Below, in pieces: positions 19,018-29,448 of a stretch of DNA of 64,000 bases. Made by a program: the position numbers and the translations under genes. This DNA comes from a virus (taxonomy: Duplodnaviria; Caudoviricetes). The notes under the pieces are model-generated. The model saw only the letters and a list, made by a program, of their open reading frames with translations. It had not been told where the DNA came from and did no database searches. The DNA lies in the IMG/VR virus record IMGVR_UViG_3300042402_003469, positions 1,040-65,039 of that record, one strand, 5' to 3'. Positions within the stretch are counted from its first letter, which is position 1; every line of letters begins with the position of its first letter.

Positions 19018-20130
19018 TTAAATTACGTATATTTGTCTTGGCATTGCTCTAAATTTCAAAGCCTTATTTAGATTTTCCGCGATTAACGCGTCTTTTTCTA
19101 TTTGTTTTTCAGGTCTTAATCTTTCTAAACGAGCCATTAACTCCTCTTGTAGTTTCGCTCTTTCGTCTTTACCCTCAGTTAATAAACTTGTATAATCCAT
19201 AGTAAGTTCACTATCAGGGGTTTTAAGATTACCACTATATTTTCCTCTAACTCGTCCTAACGCTTCTTTACATAAACCGATGAACCATCTTCTAATCCAT
19301 TGTTGTGCGGGGTTATTTAAGTCTTCCCAAGAGATTTCATCTAAAGGAACATCTGAAGGTAATTTTACGATATCAGGATTGTCACTTAAACATTTATCTC
19401 TATCGGCACCATCAACATCATAATACCAATACCATACTTTACCATTATGGTAATTAGCACTACCAAAATCCCATTTACCACCAGGTGTGTTCATTAGGTG
19501 AATCATTTTTTTACCATCGGGTAATGCGGTTATTCTATATGTCAAGTCACTACCAATAATACGTCTTTGGATATTAGTCTCCTGCATTCTTAATAACATA
19601 TCAAAAGCTGGCATCATAGTATACGAACCTGAATAACCCAACTGAGAAAATCCTCCAACACCACCAAGACCTGGACCACCCATCGCACCAAATGCGAACG
19701 GGTCAAACATTACGTTATTCATTGTTGCAGGAGTAAACCACAACAATTCATTAATTTCTCTACCTTTAGGTATTTCGTAAAGTTGTTGATTTTTTTCTGT
19801 AACTATATAATCTTTCTTTAAAACCCAATCACCTCCAGCTTGTAAACCCACAATTTTAGAGTATGCGTAAGTATATCTTGTTTCATAATCTAAACTTCTG
19901 GTTATGAATGCTCTTGTTAAAGATTGTTCATCTAAATTTAGATTCTGTAATGCCGACCACTGAGACTCAATCAGCCAATCTTGAATGTATTGTGAGTAGT
20001 CCCCGATGGATAATTCTAATAAAGAATCCATCATTTCGTCTTCTAATTCGACACTTCTAAGAGGTGCACCTAAAAGGTGTTTAACTCTTGTATATAATTT
20101 TGTTCTATTTGGTTCTGCTATTATTCCCAT
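19018..20130 (-). CDS. Neck protein/head-tail adaptor (T4 gp13-like)
   Basis: LGAPLRSVELEDEM...WIRRWFIGLCKEALGRVRGKY...LLTEGKDERAKLQEEL, typical of gp13-like proteins. Confidence 0.75.
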   Translation of the reverse strand: MGIIAEPNRTKLYTRVKHLLGAPLRSVELEDEMMDSLLELSIGDYSQYIQDWLIESQWSALQNLNLDEQSLTRAFITRSLDYETRYTYAYSKIVGLQAGGDWVLKKDYIVTEKNQQLYEIPKGREINELLWFTPATMNNVMFDPFAFGAMGGPGLGGVGGFSQLGYSGSYTMMPAFDMLLRMQETNIQRRIIGSDLTYRITALPDGKKMIHLMNTPGGKWDFGSANYHNGKVWYWYYDVDGADRDKCLSDNPDIVKLPSDVPLDEISWEDLNNPAQQWIRRWFIGLCKEALGRVRGKYSGNLKTPDSELTMDYTSLLTEGKDERAKLQEELMARLERLRPEKQIEKDALIAENLNKALKFRAMPRQIYVI

Positions 20131-21788
20131 ATGATGTTTTCAGATAAATATTTGTTACAGTCGATTAATTCCAATTCTCCTTTGGCAAATATCGTGGCAA
20201 CTTCATTTTGTTTTGGAACGTAATAACTTCCTTGATATATTCTGGTTTTAGGGGTTCTATAAATTCTGACCTGTTTTGACTTAACATTAACAAAAATAAG
20301 TAAACCAACTTTATTATATGATTGAGTACTTGACGACCCCTGAACAACAAAGTATTCTCCTTTTTCAAAAATATTTTTAAATGGTTTGATTTGAGACGTG
20401 AATTCTTTTCCGTCAATAACCACGGTGGCATCAATACCTGATAACATATCTTTTGTCATACCACCACCCGACACGATTGTACACGAACCTTCACCATAAT
20501 TTTGGTTTATGATTTTCATAGCCGCCTCTTCATTTCGTTTACCTAAACAATCTGTTTTTTTCAAAACCCCACCAATTTGTCTTAAAGTATTAGATTGTTC
20601 ACCTCTTTTAAAGATGTTAGACCTTAATCCGTCTAAAACTGAGAAGAATTTTCTTAATTCAATTAAATTTGTATTTGGATTATCCCCGTATTCGATTGTG
20701 TTTTGATTATTCTTTTTGAGGTATTCATTAACGTCTTTATGTATGATACAGAACGCGGTGTATGATGAGGTTAAATTCATTAACAATGACCTAACATTTT
20801 GTTTACTGTATAATCCCGCCTCGTGACCTGCGAATAATGAATTTTTTTCTTTCCAATTTTCAGGATATGATTTTTTAAGTATATCCATCCATCCTGAAAT
20901 ATATTCTTTTTTGAATTTACCGTACGAGTCGGATTTTTCTAACAAATCTGTAGGTGGGAATAAAAGTTTTTTAAACATTTGTTCTTCGGTCGTAGAACAA
21001 CTTTGAGATTTAACTTCTTCCTCAGTTAAAAAATCTTTACTCGTTGAGTTCATTAATTGAGTCATAACAATTTCTTCATCAATTCGAGTTTCAATCTTCA
21101 TTTTGTAAAGTTTTTCTACAAACTCCCAGTTAACCGCAGTCCAAAAGTTTTTAATATACTCGTCTCTTTTATTTCGATACTTCAAATAATATGCGTGTTC
21201 CCATAAATCTAATCCTAAAATAGGGTATCCACCATCTTTAATGTCATTCATTAAAGGATTATCTTGATTTGGGGTTGACATAATTTTTAAAGAGTTGTTT
21301 TTAGTTACAACTAACCAAACCCAACCTGAACCAAATCTTTCTTTGGCAATCTCATCAAATTTCTTTTTAAACGCTCCAACGGTCCCAAACTCAGATTCAA
21401 GTTTTTTAAGAATCAACCCTTTTGGTTTTTGAGGTATTGGTGTTAACATTTTCCAAAAAAGTGCGTGGTTGTAAGCACCACCCGCATTATTTCTAACGTT
21501 TTTATTAAAACGACTAATCGTTTTTACAATTTGTTCTAAGTCTAAATCACCAAATTTTTTCTTATCTAACGCCAAATTTAGTTTTTCGACATAACCTTTA
21601 TAATGTTTATTATAATGGATGTCCATTGTCTCAGGGTCGATAAAACGTTTAAGTGATGTGTAAGAGTAAGGTAATTTTTCAATACCAATTCTTTTCATTT
21701 CAGATAAAAAGAATTTTTGAGTTTTTTTAGTTTCAACTAGTGTAACCTCCTCTTTTAAGGCTTCAATCTTATTTACTAGATTTTTCAT
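20121..21788 (-). CDS. sod: Fe/Mn superoxide dismutase (Mn-type signature) fused to a C-terminal PD-(D/E)xK-like domain
   Basis: LPYSY...HYNKH, NNAGGAYNH, FGSGWVWL, PNQD, DLWEHAYY with all metal ligands present. About 320 extra C-terminal residues include G..NE...D...GID...QIK. Confidence 0.85.
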   Translation of the reverse strand: MKNLVNKIEALKEEVTLVETKKTQKFFLSEMKRIGIEKLPYSYTSLKRFIDPETMDIHYNKHYKGYVEKLNLALDKKKFGDLDLEQIVKTISRFNKNVRNNAGGAYNHALFWKMLTPIPQKPKGLILKKLESEFGTVGAFKKKFDEIAKERFGSGWVWLVVTKNNSLKIMSTPNQDNPLMNDIKDGGYPILGLDLWEHAYYLKYRNKRDEYIKNFWTAVNWEFVEKLYKMKIETRIDEEIVMTQLMNSTSKDFLTEEEVKSQSCSTTEEQMFKKLLFPPTDLLEKSDSYGKFKKEYISGWMDILKKSYPENWKEKNSLFAGHEAGLYSKQNVRSLLMNLTSSYTAFCIIHKDVNEYLKKNNQNTIEYGDNPNTNLIELRKFFSVLDGLRSNIFKRGEQSNTLRQIGGVLKKTDCLGKRNEEAAMKIINQNYGEGSCTIVSGGGMTKDMLSGIDATVVIDGKEFTSQIKPFKNIFEKGEYFVVQGSSSTQSYNKVGLLIFVNVKSKQVRIYRTPKTRIYQGSYYVPKQNEVATIFAKGELELIDCNKYLSENIIWE

Positions 21789-21833
21789 ATGTTAAGGCTT
21801 TTATTATTCTAATAAATAATCGGTAATTCCGAT

Positions 21834-23612
21834 TTATCTACTATTGTTTATAGAATTCAAAACTTCTTCTACAAAATCTGCCTTATCAAGGTTGTCACCC
21901 ATAACTGTTTCTATAATAGATTTTTTCTTTGATAGAATATCGTAAATAACCCCCTCAATCGTATTTTCAAATATTGGGTAATACACCGAAACGTTTGATT
22001 TCTGACCATATCGATAAGCTCTATCTTCAGCTTGACTGTGGTCTGATGGTAAGAAAGATAAATCATTCATTATGACGGCCTCTGCAGATGTTAATGTAAT
22101 ACCAACACCCGCGGCTTTTATGTTTCCTACAAAAACGTTTATTTTATCATTGGTTTGAAATTGGTCAACCGCGAATTGTCTTTGTGGTTGACTACAACTT
22201 CCATCTAAGAAAACACATTGTTTTCCAAAATGTTCTACTATTTTTTGAAGTGAGTTAGTAAAGTTAGTGAAAATAATAACTTTCTTTCCTTGTTCTATTA
22301 TATTTTCACACAACTCTATTGTGCTTGATATTTTTTCTTCGGCAATAATCTGTCTAACTTTTGTTAGTTTTGAAAATTGTAATGTTAATGATGAGGATTC
22401 TTCAGAATTGGTTCGGTACCAATCAAAGTATTCCCCCATTAATCCCTCGTATAATTTTGATTTTAATCTCAAATAAACAGGGGTAATGATTTTATCAGGT
22501 AAATCTAACACGTCTTCTTTTAATCTTCTTAAGACTTGTCTTGATGTTCTATCTCGTAGTTCTTCTAAATTAGACGCTCCCTTCACATTCCATACCTTTC
22601 TAGGTCCTGCTTTAAATTGATAACCCTCACAATAACGGATTGCGTATGCCATCCAATTCTGAGCAACAGGAGATTCAATAAGGTTTAATAGGTTAAAATA
22701 ATTAATTGGTCTTGATGTTAGAGGGGTTCCTGTCAGTAACCACAACCTATCAACTCTCTTAGCAAAACTATTAACCAATTTAGTTCTTTGTGCTTGTGCG
22801 TTTTGTAAGTAATGTGCTTCATCAATAATAATTAAATCAAAATTCATTTGATATATTGGACTATTTTCTTTGTCTTTAATATCGTAGAAGTTTTTAACAA
22901 TATCATAATTGATAATTACGAAGTCGTGTTCTGTTGAGAAATTTTTACCTTCACAAATATATACACTTCTGTCGGTGTAGTTTTGAATCTCCCTCATCCA
23001 ATTAATTTTAAGTGATGCTGGGGATATTATTAATATTTTTTTAGCACCTGTTTCTAACGCGGCGATAATAGTTGAGGTTGTTTTACCCAATCCCATATCA
23101 TCCGCAAGTATAAACCTTTTACAACCAACTAACTTCTCAATAGCCTCTTTCTGATGATTTAAAGGGGGTCTGTGAGAATATTTTGAATAATCAATCTCGA
23201 CTTTTTCAACGTTATGTGTTTTAATTATGGCGCCCTTCGGTAACCATATTTCGTGTAATTCTTCATTTTCAAATATTTTTCCCCAAATATGATATGATTT
23301 GTCTTTCTCAACTAAAAGTTTTTCAATCCATATTTGTTCAGGTACTTTTGTGTATAATTTTTCGTCGGCAATTTTTTGAGCGAAGTAGGGGTCAAGGTCA
23401 ACCCATTTTTTTGCAACTTTAGGTACTATATTATGAAAAGTAACAATGTATTCCGCTTGAGCTCTTGTGGGATAAAACTTTTTGTTTAGGTCTTGTTGTC
23501 TCTTTAACCTTAACAAATAGTTATTCGCACCTGAATATGACTCAAGTATTTCAAGTGCTTTTCTTTCTATTAATGGTGTATTGTTTGAAGTATTAATTTC
23601 CAACTCAGTCAT
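21834..23612 (-). CDS. SNF2-family (SMARCAL1/HARP-like) helicase
   Basis: LADDMGLGKT, DEAH, TGTP, QAEDRAYRYGQ. Confidence 0.9.
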   Translation of the reverse strand: MTELEINTSNNTPLIERKALEILESYSGANNYLLRLKRQQDLNKKFYPTRAQAEYIVTFHNIVPKVAKKWVDLDPYFAQKIADEKLYTKVPEQIWIEKLLVEKDKSYHIWGKIFENEELHEIWLPKGAIIKTHNVEKVEIDYSKYSHRPPLNHQKEAIEKLVGCKRFILADDMGLGKTTSTIIAALETGAKKILIISPASLKINWMREIQNYTDRSVYICEGKNFSTEHDFVIINYDIVKNFYDIKDKENSPIYQMNFDLIIIDEAHYLQNAQAQRTKLVNSFAKRVDRLWLLTGTPLTSRPINYFNLLNLIESPVAQNWMAYAIRYCEGYQFKAGPRKVWNVKGASNLEELRDRTSRQVLRRLKEDVLDLPDKIITPVYLRLKSKLYEGLMGEYFDWYRTNSEESSSLTLQFSKLTKVRQIIAEEKISSTIELCENIIEQGKKVIIFTNFTNSLQKIVEHFGKQCVFLDGSCSQPQRQFAVDQFQTNDKINVFVGNIKAAGVGITLTSAEAVIMNDLSFLPSDHSQAEDRAYRYGQKSNVSVYYPIFENTIEGVIYDILSKKKSIIETVMGDNLDKADFVEEVLNSINNSR

Positions 23613-23653
23613 CTATTTATGTAATGATAATAAATTTTTGGATATTTATCAAT

Positions 23654-24169
23654 ATGAGTCAAAATAAAGTACCAATTACAAGATTAGGAAAGTTCTTCGG
23701 AGCGGAGGATTATCATTTAGATATTGATATGGGTAGAGAATGGTTAGAAGGTGATATGAACTTCACTTTAGTTTTATACAGGGTTGATAGATATAAAACT
23801 AAAACTGATGATGTTTATGGTGAAACTGTTTCTGACGGAATTAAATTCTTTCCACCTGTTCAGTTTAACGCGTTCTTACAAATAGTGGCACCTGAAAATA
23901 AATTTATGGGTAATAGTAAAGTTGAACAATTTGAACCAGGTAATGCAAGAATTTCGGTATATCAATCTCATTTAGACGAATTAGGTATTGATATATCCTA
24001 CGGTGATTATATTGGTTACTATGAAACTGAAACAAGAGTTAGATACTATGTTGTTGCAAATGACGGTAGAGTTGTGTCTGATAATAAACATACTTACGGT
24101 GGGTATAAACCATTCTACAGAACCATAGTGGCAACACCTGTAACCGCTGACGAATTTAGAGGATTATAA
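23654..24169 (+). CDS. Head closure/neck protein (T4 gp14-like); start probably ATG 23654 rather than 23624
   Basis: VLYRVD..KTKTDDVYGE...FFPPV...GDYIGY pattern; TATTTAT at 23643-49 immediately before ATG 23654. Confidence 0.6.
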   Translation: MSQNKVPITRLGKFFGAEDYHLDIDMGREWLEGDMNFTLVLYRVDRYKTKTDDVYGETVSDGIKFFPPVQFNAFLQIVAPENKFMGNSKVEQFEPGNARISVYQSHLDELGIDISYGDYIGYYETETRVRYYVVANDGRVVSDNKHTYGGYKPFYRTIVATPVTADEFRGL

Positions 24170-24717
24170 TGAAAATATTAATTAGTGAAAGACAAAGAAA
24201 TTTAATAATGGAGACCATCACAAACGATGAGGTTATATGTGATGATTGTGGTTGGTCTTGGGATTTATCAGACGGAGGTGATGACCCTTATATATGTCAT
24301 AAATGCGGTCACGATAATTCTGAAGAAGACTTTAAAGGTAAACGAGTTATGGTTTATTATAACTTACATAAACACACTTTTTCAGTGACTTATAAATCCA
24401 AAGTAATCCTTCACGCGGATTATGTCAAATTAAGTGATGTTGAGTTTAGAGTTAGAAAGGGTGGAAAAGAAAAAGTTAGAAGTGAAAAAAGTAAAAATGT
24501 ACACGCCTTTGTTATCGGTGACTTAGTTGATTATTGTAAATATCCTTGTGAAAATATGCCTCAGGAATCAAATGACAATGTTGTAACATATAACCCTTAC
24601 AAATACGACAGTTTTGTTTATAAATCAACAGAACAACCTGTATATCGAGCAAAAGAGGTTGATATGATTAATCAAAAGAATAAATTATTCGTTATTAACG
24701 AAATTTTAAAATACTAA
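24169..24717 (+). CDS. Hypothetical protein with an N-terminal leader, a Zn ribbon and a conserved-looking phage domain
   Basis: MKILISERQRNLIME; CDDC...CHKC; VYYNLHKHTFSV...KNVHAFVIG...YNPYK. Confidence 0.6.
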   Translation: MKILISERQRNLIMETITNDEVICDDCGWSWDLSDGGDDPYICHKCGHDNSEEDFKGKRVMVYYNLHKHTFSVTYKSKVILHADYVKLSDVEFRVRKGGKEKVRSEKSKNVHAFVIGDLVDYCKYPCENMPQESNDNVVTYNPYKYDSFVYKSTEQPVYRAKEVDMINQKNKLFVINEILKY

Positions 24718-24718
24718 T

Positions 24719-25759
24719 ATGGGATTTCCTAAACAAATAAAAAAAAATATTGAGTTAACTCCTTACAGAACTTTATATCCAAGAAGGGTTGAGTTATTGG
24801 ATAAGATTAACGAACACGGAACTTATTTACCTAAATCAATATTACACGCCGATTTAGATAGAGGGTTTTTGGATTTTGTAAAAGAGGAATTAAAGGTGTC
24901 TGTTGAGGGTAAAGTAATACCTACAGTAGATATTATAGTTACTACTCAGAATTGGGCTCAGTTTACTCAAACTTGGAAATTCCAAGATTTGGATAAAAAC
25001 GCAGCACCACCATTTATAACAGTAGTAAGAGCCCCTGAAATTAAATACGGTTCTCTACCTTCATTACAATATACTATACCTAATAGACGACAATTTTATT
25101 ATGCGTCTGTACCAAGTTTTGATGGTAATAGAATTAATGTTGATGTATATAAAATACCTCAGCCAGTTCCTGTTGATATCAAATATTCTCTTAAGATAAT
25201 TTGTAATCGAATGAGAGAATTGAACGCTCTTAATAAAACAATATTACAAAAATTTTCATCAAGACAAGCTTATCAAAATATTAAAGGACATTATATTCCA
25301 ATTATTATGGATAATGTATCTGATGAATCAGTTATGGATATTGAGAAAAGAAAATATTACATTCAAAGTTATGACTTTACTATGATGGGGTTTCTTTTAG
25401 ATGAAGATGAGTTTGAAGTTAAACCTGGTGTTGAGAGAGTATTTCAAATATATGAAGCATCTAACAGTAACGGAGGAGGTAGAAGAAGAAAAAATTCTGA
25501 TAACCCATCAACGTATGAAGTTAATGTGGAATTTTCAGATGAAAATACATTTGTCCTTAAACGATTTTATGATAAAGTAGATTTAAGTTGGGTTTCCTCA
25601 GATAACGTTTCCAAGTACGAAGTCTATATTGACGGTGAGTATTATGGGTCTGATTTAACTAATATTAAGGTAAACGGAGGTGACGAAGTTAAGTTTCAAA
25701 TAATAAAAACCTATTCAAATCAGAGTTCTAATTTGAAGTTTACCGCCACCATAGTTTAA
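24719..25759 (+). CDS. Tail terminator/completion protein (T4 gp15-like)
   Basis: IPQPVPVDIKYSLKIIC...LN.LN..ILQKF; position between the neck and sheath genes. Confidence 0.6.
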   Translation: MGFPKQIKKNIELTPYRTLYPRRVELLDKINEHGTYLPKSILHADLDRGFLDFVKEELKVSVEGKVIPTVDIIVTTQNWAQFTQTWKFQDLDKNAAPPFITVVRAPEIKYGSLPSLQYTIPNRRQFYYASVPSFDGNRINVDVYKIPQPVPVDIKYSLKIICNRMRELNALNKTILQKFSSRQAYQNIKGHYIPIIMDNVSDESVMDIEKRKYYIQSYDFTMMGFLLDEDEFEVKPGVERVFQIYEASNSNGGGRRRKNSDNPSTYEVNVEFSDENTFVLKRFYDKVDLSWVSSDNVSKYEVYIDGEYYGSDLTNIKVNGGDEVKFQIIKTYSNQSSNLKFTATIV

Positions 25760-25926
25760 TTTTCTCCGTATATATCCTTTTTTTCTTTACAAGTTTCTAA
25801 AATTAAATTTTCAATAAACTTATAAATCTTAATACCCCTCTTATCACAATATTTCTTCAATATCTCGTGTGATTCGACTGAAATCTTAAGGTTTTTAATT
25901 TTTTTGGTTTCCTTGTCCATATCCAT
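25756..25926 (-). CDS. Small ribbon-helix-helix-like DNA-binding protein (start 25926 or 25920, not 26091)
   Basis: KNLKISVESHEILKKYCDKRGIKIYKFIENLI has the RHH strand-helix-helix pattern; minus-strand TATTTAT at 25962-25968. Confidence 0.65.
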   Translation of the reverse strand: MDMDKETKKIKNLKISVESHEILKKYCDKRGIKIYKFIENLILETCKEKKDIYGEN

Positions 25927-26045
25927 AAGTAGAAAAAAGGCAGAAAAAAGTCTGCCAGAATATAAATATGTTTTAAAAAGTAAAGTTTTTTGGTGTAAAA
26001 ACAAATATTTATGATTAAATAAATCTGAATAGAAATTAAAAAATA

Positions 26046-29000
26046 ATGGCAACAAACAGTAAAGTATTCGTGTCACCTGGAGTGTACACATCAGAAAGAG
26101 ACTTAAGCTTTGTTACTCAAAGTGTTGGTGTTACTACATTAGGGGTTGTAGGTGAGGCTTTAAAAGGTCCCGCTTTTGAACCTATCTTCATTAGTAGCTA
26201 CGATGAGTTCCAAACTTACTTCGGGGGAACGAACCCTGAAAAATTTATAAACACACAAATCCCTAAGTACGAATCGGCGTATATTGCAAAATCATATCTA
26301 CAACAATCTAATCAAATGTTTATGACAAGAGTATTAGGTTTATCAGGATACGATGCGGGTCCTTCTTGGTCAATTCAAACAATTGCTAACGTAGACCCTA
26401 CAACGATTAAGATGGATGAGGTTTGTGCTAGTGTTCCTAACTATAATGACAATACTTGTGACATTACTTGTACAGGAGTGTCTCTTAGTTTTGACGTTGA
26501 GTTCACAGGTTGTAGTAACCAAGATGGTTCTATTACTTATGTAACTAATTTCCCTGATGAAATTCAAAACATCATTAATAACCAATACACTAAATTCAAT
26601 GGTGGTGTATCTACATTAAAATCGGATATTAACCAACAGTTATTATCCATTTTTGCACAACCAAGTTTAAGTGGTACTTCAATTAACTATTGGGGTAGTA
26701 TTGATAATATTGATTACGATATTTTATCACCTGTATTTACAGATGCTAATAACGTATTAAACGTACCAAGTGTAAATGAAGCTGACACAGATTTTTCTTC
26801 TTCATTTAACGATTCTTGGTATTATTCATTATTTGATAATTTCAGTGGTGATAGTTATTCAGGTATGTCTTTTTGGACAGTAGTTTCGGAGTTAACTATG
26901 TTACCTAAAACAGGTACAACTACGACTACAACAACAACTATGAATATCACAACAACTACAACAACTTTAAACCCTTGTGCAACAACCACAACAACTTCAC
27001 CTATAACTACAACAACTACTACACAACCTGATTGTTTTACAGGTACACTTCACGGTAAAATTTATTACTACACAGGTACTTCTTACAGTAACTACAATAA
27101 TTTAATTGTGTCAACTTTAAGGTCAAGAGGTTTATCAACTTATGATACTACTAACGACGGACCGACTTATGAAGTTAGTGCGTTAAGTGCGGTTACTTTA
27201 GACTTTACAGGTAGTTATTCAGCGGTTAAGAAAAACCCATTCGCACCATTCGCTATTAATGTTACAAATAATGAAGGTAAGACATTTGTATTTAAAACTT
27301 CATTACAAGAGTCAGACGCAACTTACTTACCAAAAGTATTTGGTGGAAGTAATTTCGCTAAACCAAGAACTGAGGTTCCATTATTTGTTGAAGAAACATT
27401 CTCAAGTATGTTGAATTGGGCATTTAAGAAAGGATATATTAGAGGATTAAGAGCAGAATTAATTTCTACACCAGAATCTAGAAGTAATATCTCTTCAAGT
27501 ATTGGATACTATGGTGAGAGATATCAAACACCTGAATCACCTTGGTTGGTGTCTGAATTAAGAGGTACTAAAGTTTACAGATTATTTAAATTTATCTCAA
27601 TAGCTGACGGTAATTCGGCAAATGACCAATTGAAAATTTCAATTATGAATATGTCATTTGGAAATCAAACTTTTGATGTTGTTATCCGTGATTGGTATGA
27701 TACTGACGACGCACCAGTTGTGTTAGAAAAATTCACTAACTGTTCTATGGACCCTAATTTAAATAATTTCGTAGCTAAAAAAATAGGTACTGCTGATGGG
27801 GAATACGCGTTGAACTCTAAATTTGTAATGGTTGAAATAAATGAAGATGCACCTACAGACTCATTACCTTGTGGTTTCGAGGGTTATACTTTCAGAAACT
27901 ACGAATCATCAAAATCACCATTCCCTGTTTATAAAACTAAATACGATTTCCCAGGAGAAGTTATTTTCAACCCTCCATTTGGATATAGTAATGGTCAAGA
28001 TAACCCAGCAATTAGCGCGGGTGACAATGTAAGAAGAACTTACTTAGGTTTATCAACTGCTGCAGGTGCTGGATACGATTTAGATTTCTTCCAATATGTA
28101 GGTAAACAAAACTTAGGAACTACTTGTGACCCTGTATTACAAGATTGGTCTTATTTAACTAAAGGATTCCATATGGACTCAGGTGCGACTGTAGTTAAAA
28201 TTGCTGACTTATTCGCTACTTCAGGTAGAACGGCATTTGCAGTTGGTGATGCTGAATTTAGAAACGACCCAACAAATGCAAATAACCCTTATTATAGATT
28301 ATACGCGAGAAAATTCTCATTAATGGTTAACGGAGGTTTCGACGGATGGGACGTTTATAGAGAATACCGTACAAACTCCGATAGATTCCAAGTAGGTTCT
28401 TCAGGTTATTTAGCGGGAGCTTGTTACTCAGATAGATATCCAAACGCAACAGGTACAGGTTTGTTTAAACGTATCACTGTTGGAGATAATACTCAGGATT
28501 GGGCAAATACTGACTACTACGCATACCTATTAGGTCAAAAAACATTCTCAAACCCTGAGGCGGTAAACATTAATGTGTTTGTAACACCAGGTATTGATTA
28601 TGTAAATAATAGTAACTTAGTTGAACAAGCAATTGAAATGATTGAGTACGATAGAGCGGATTCATTATATATCTGTACTACTCCTGACTTTAATATGTTT
28701 GTACCTTCAACTACGGATTCATTAGATATGATTTTCCCACAAGAGGCGGTAGATAATTTAGAACAAACAGGAATTGATTCCAACTACACCGCGACTTACT
28801 ACCCTTGGGTTTTAACTCGTGATACAGTTAATAATACACAAATTTACATTCCTGCGACTGCGGAAGTAACAAGAAACTTAGCGTTAACCGACAACATCGC
28901 GTTCCCTTGGTTCGCATCTGCGGGTTACACAAGAGGTCTTGTAAACTCAATTAAAGCAAGACGTAAATTAACACAAGAAGATAGAGATACTTTATATGTA

Positions 29001-29399
29001 GGTAGACTTAACCCAATTGCAACCTTCTCAGATGTTGGTACCGTAATTTGGGGTAACAAAACTCTACAAATTAGAGAGTCTGCTCTTGATAGAATCAACG
29101 TAAGAAGATTGTTATTACAAGCTCGTAAATTGATTTCAGCGGTAGCGGTTAGATTACTGTTCGAACAAAACGACGCGAAAGTTAGACAAGATTTCTTGGA
29201 TGCGGTTAATCCTATCTTAGACGCTATCAGAAGAGACAGAGGTTTATACGATTTCCGTGTAACAGTATCATCATCTCCTGAAGACTTAGATAAAAACCAA
29301 TTAGTAGGTAAGATTTATATTAAACCAACTAAAGCGTTAGAATTCATCGATATTGAGTTCTTGATTACACCTACAGGTGCATCATTTGACAATATCTAA
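26046..29399 (+). CDS. Contractile tail sheath protein
   Basis: SPGVYTSERD, KGPAFEP, YYPWV, PWFASAGYTRG, WGNKTL...RINVRRL, IKPTKALEFI. Confidence 0.95.
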   Translation: MATNSKVFVSPGVYTSERDLSFVTQSVGVTTLGVVGEALKGPAFEPIFISSYDEFQTYFGGTNPEKFINTQIPKYESAYIAKSYLQQSNQMFMTRVLGLSGYDAGPSWSIQTIANVDPTTIKMDEVCASVPNYNDNTCDITCTGVSLSFDVEFTGCSNQDGSITYVTNFPDEIQNIINNQYTKFNGGVSTLKSDINQQLLSIFAQPSLSGTSINYWGSIDNIDYDILSPVFTDANNVLNVPSVNEADTDFSSSFNDSWYYSLFDNFSGDSYSGMSFWTVVSELTMLPKTGTTTTTTTTMNITTTTTTLNPCATTTTTSPITTTTTTQPDCFTGTLHGKIYYYTGTSYSNYNNLIVSTLRSRGLSTYDTTNDGPTYEVSALSAVTLDFTGSYSAVKKNPFAPFAINVTNNEGKTFVFKTSLQESDATYLPKVFGGSNFAKPRTEVPLFVEETFSSMLNWAFKKGYIRGLRAELISTPESRSNISSSIGYYGERYQTPESPWLVSELRGTKVYRLFKFISIADGNSANDQLKISIMNMSFGNQTFDVVIRDWYDTDDAPVVLEKFTNCSMDPNLNNFVAKKIGTADGEYALNSKFVMVEINEDAPTDSLPCGFEGYTFRNYESSKSPFPVYKTKYDFPGEVIFNPPFGYSNGQDNPAISAGDNVRRTYLGLSTAAGAGYDLDFFQYVGKQNLGTTCDPVLQDWSYLTKGFHMDSGATVVKIADLFATSGRTAFAVGDAEFRNDPTNANNPYYRLYARKFSLMVNGGFDGWDVYREYRTNSDRFQVGSSGYLAGACYSDRYPNATGTGLFKRITVGDNTQDWANTDYYAYLLGQKTFSNPEAVNINVFVTPGIDYVNNSNLVEQAIEMIEYDRADSLYICTTPDFNMFVPSTTDSLDMIFPQEAVDNLEQTGIDSNYTATYYPWVLTRDTVNNTQIYIPATAEVTRNLALTDNIAFPWFASAGYTRGLVNSIKARRKLTQEDRDTLYVGRLNPIATFSDVGTVIWGNKTLQIRESALDRINVRRLLLQARKLISAVAVRLLFEQNDAKVRQDFLDAVNPILDAIRRDRGLYDFRVTVSSSPEDLDKNQLVGKIYIKPTKALEFIDIEFLITPTGASFDNI

Positions 29400-29408
29400 T
29401 ACTTATAT

Positions 29409-29431
29409 GGTGGGGAGTAATCCCCACCTTT
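29409..29431 (+). terminator. GC-rich hairpin with a GNRA loop after the sheath gene (terminator or stabiliser)
   Basis: GGTGGGGA-GTAA-TCCCCACC-TTT; the U tail is short. Confidence 0.65.
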
Positions 29432-29448
29432 AGCCTTTAAATTAAAAT

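Noticed and set aside
25927-26091. N-terminal extension of ORF 25756..26091
   Set aside because: It overlaps the sheath start and the promoter region; only the last 55 or so codons look protein-like.
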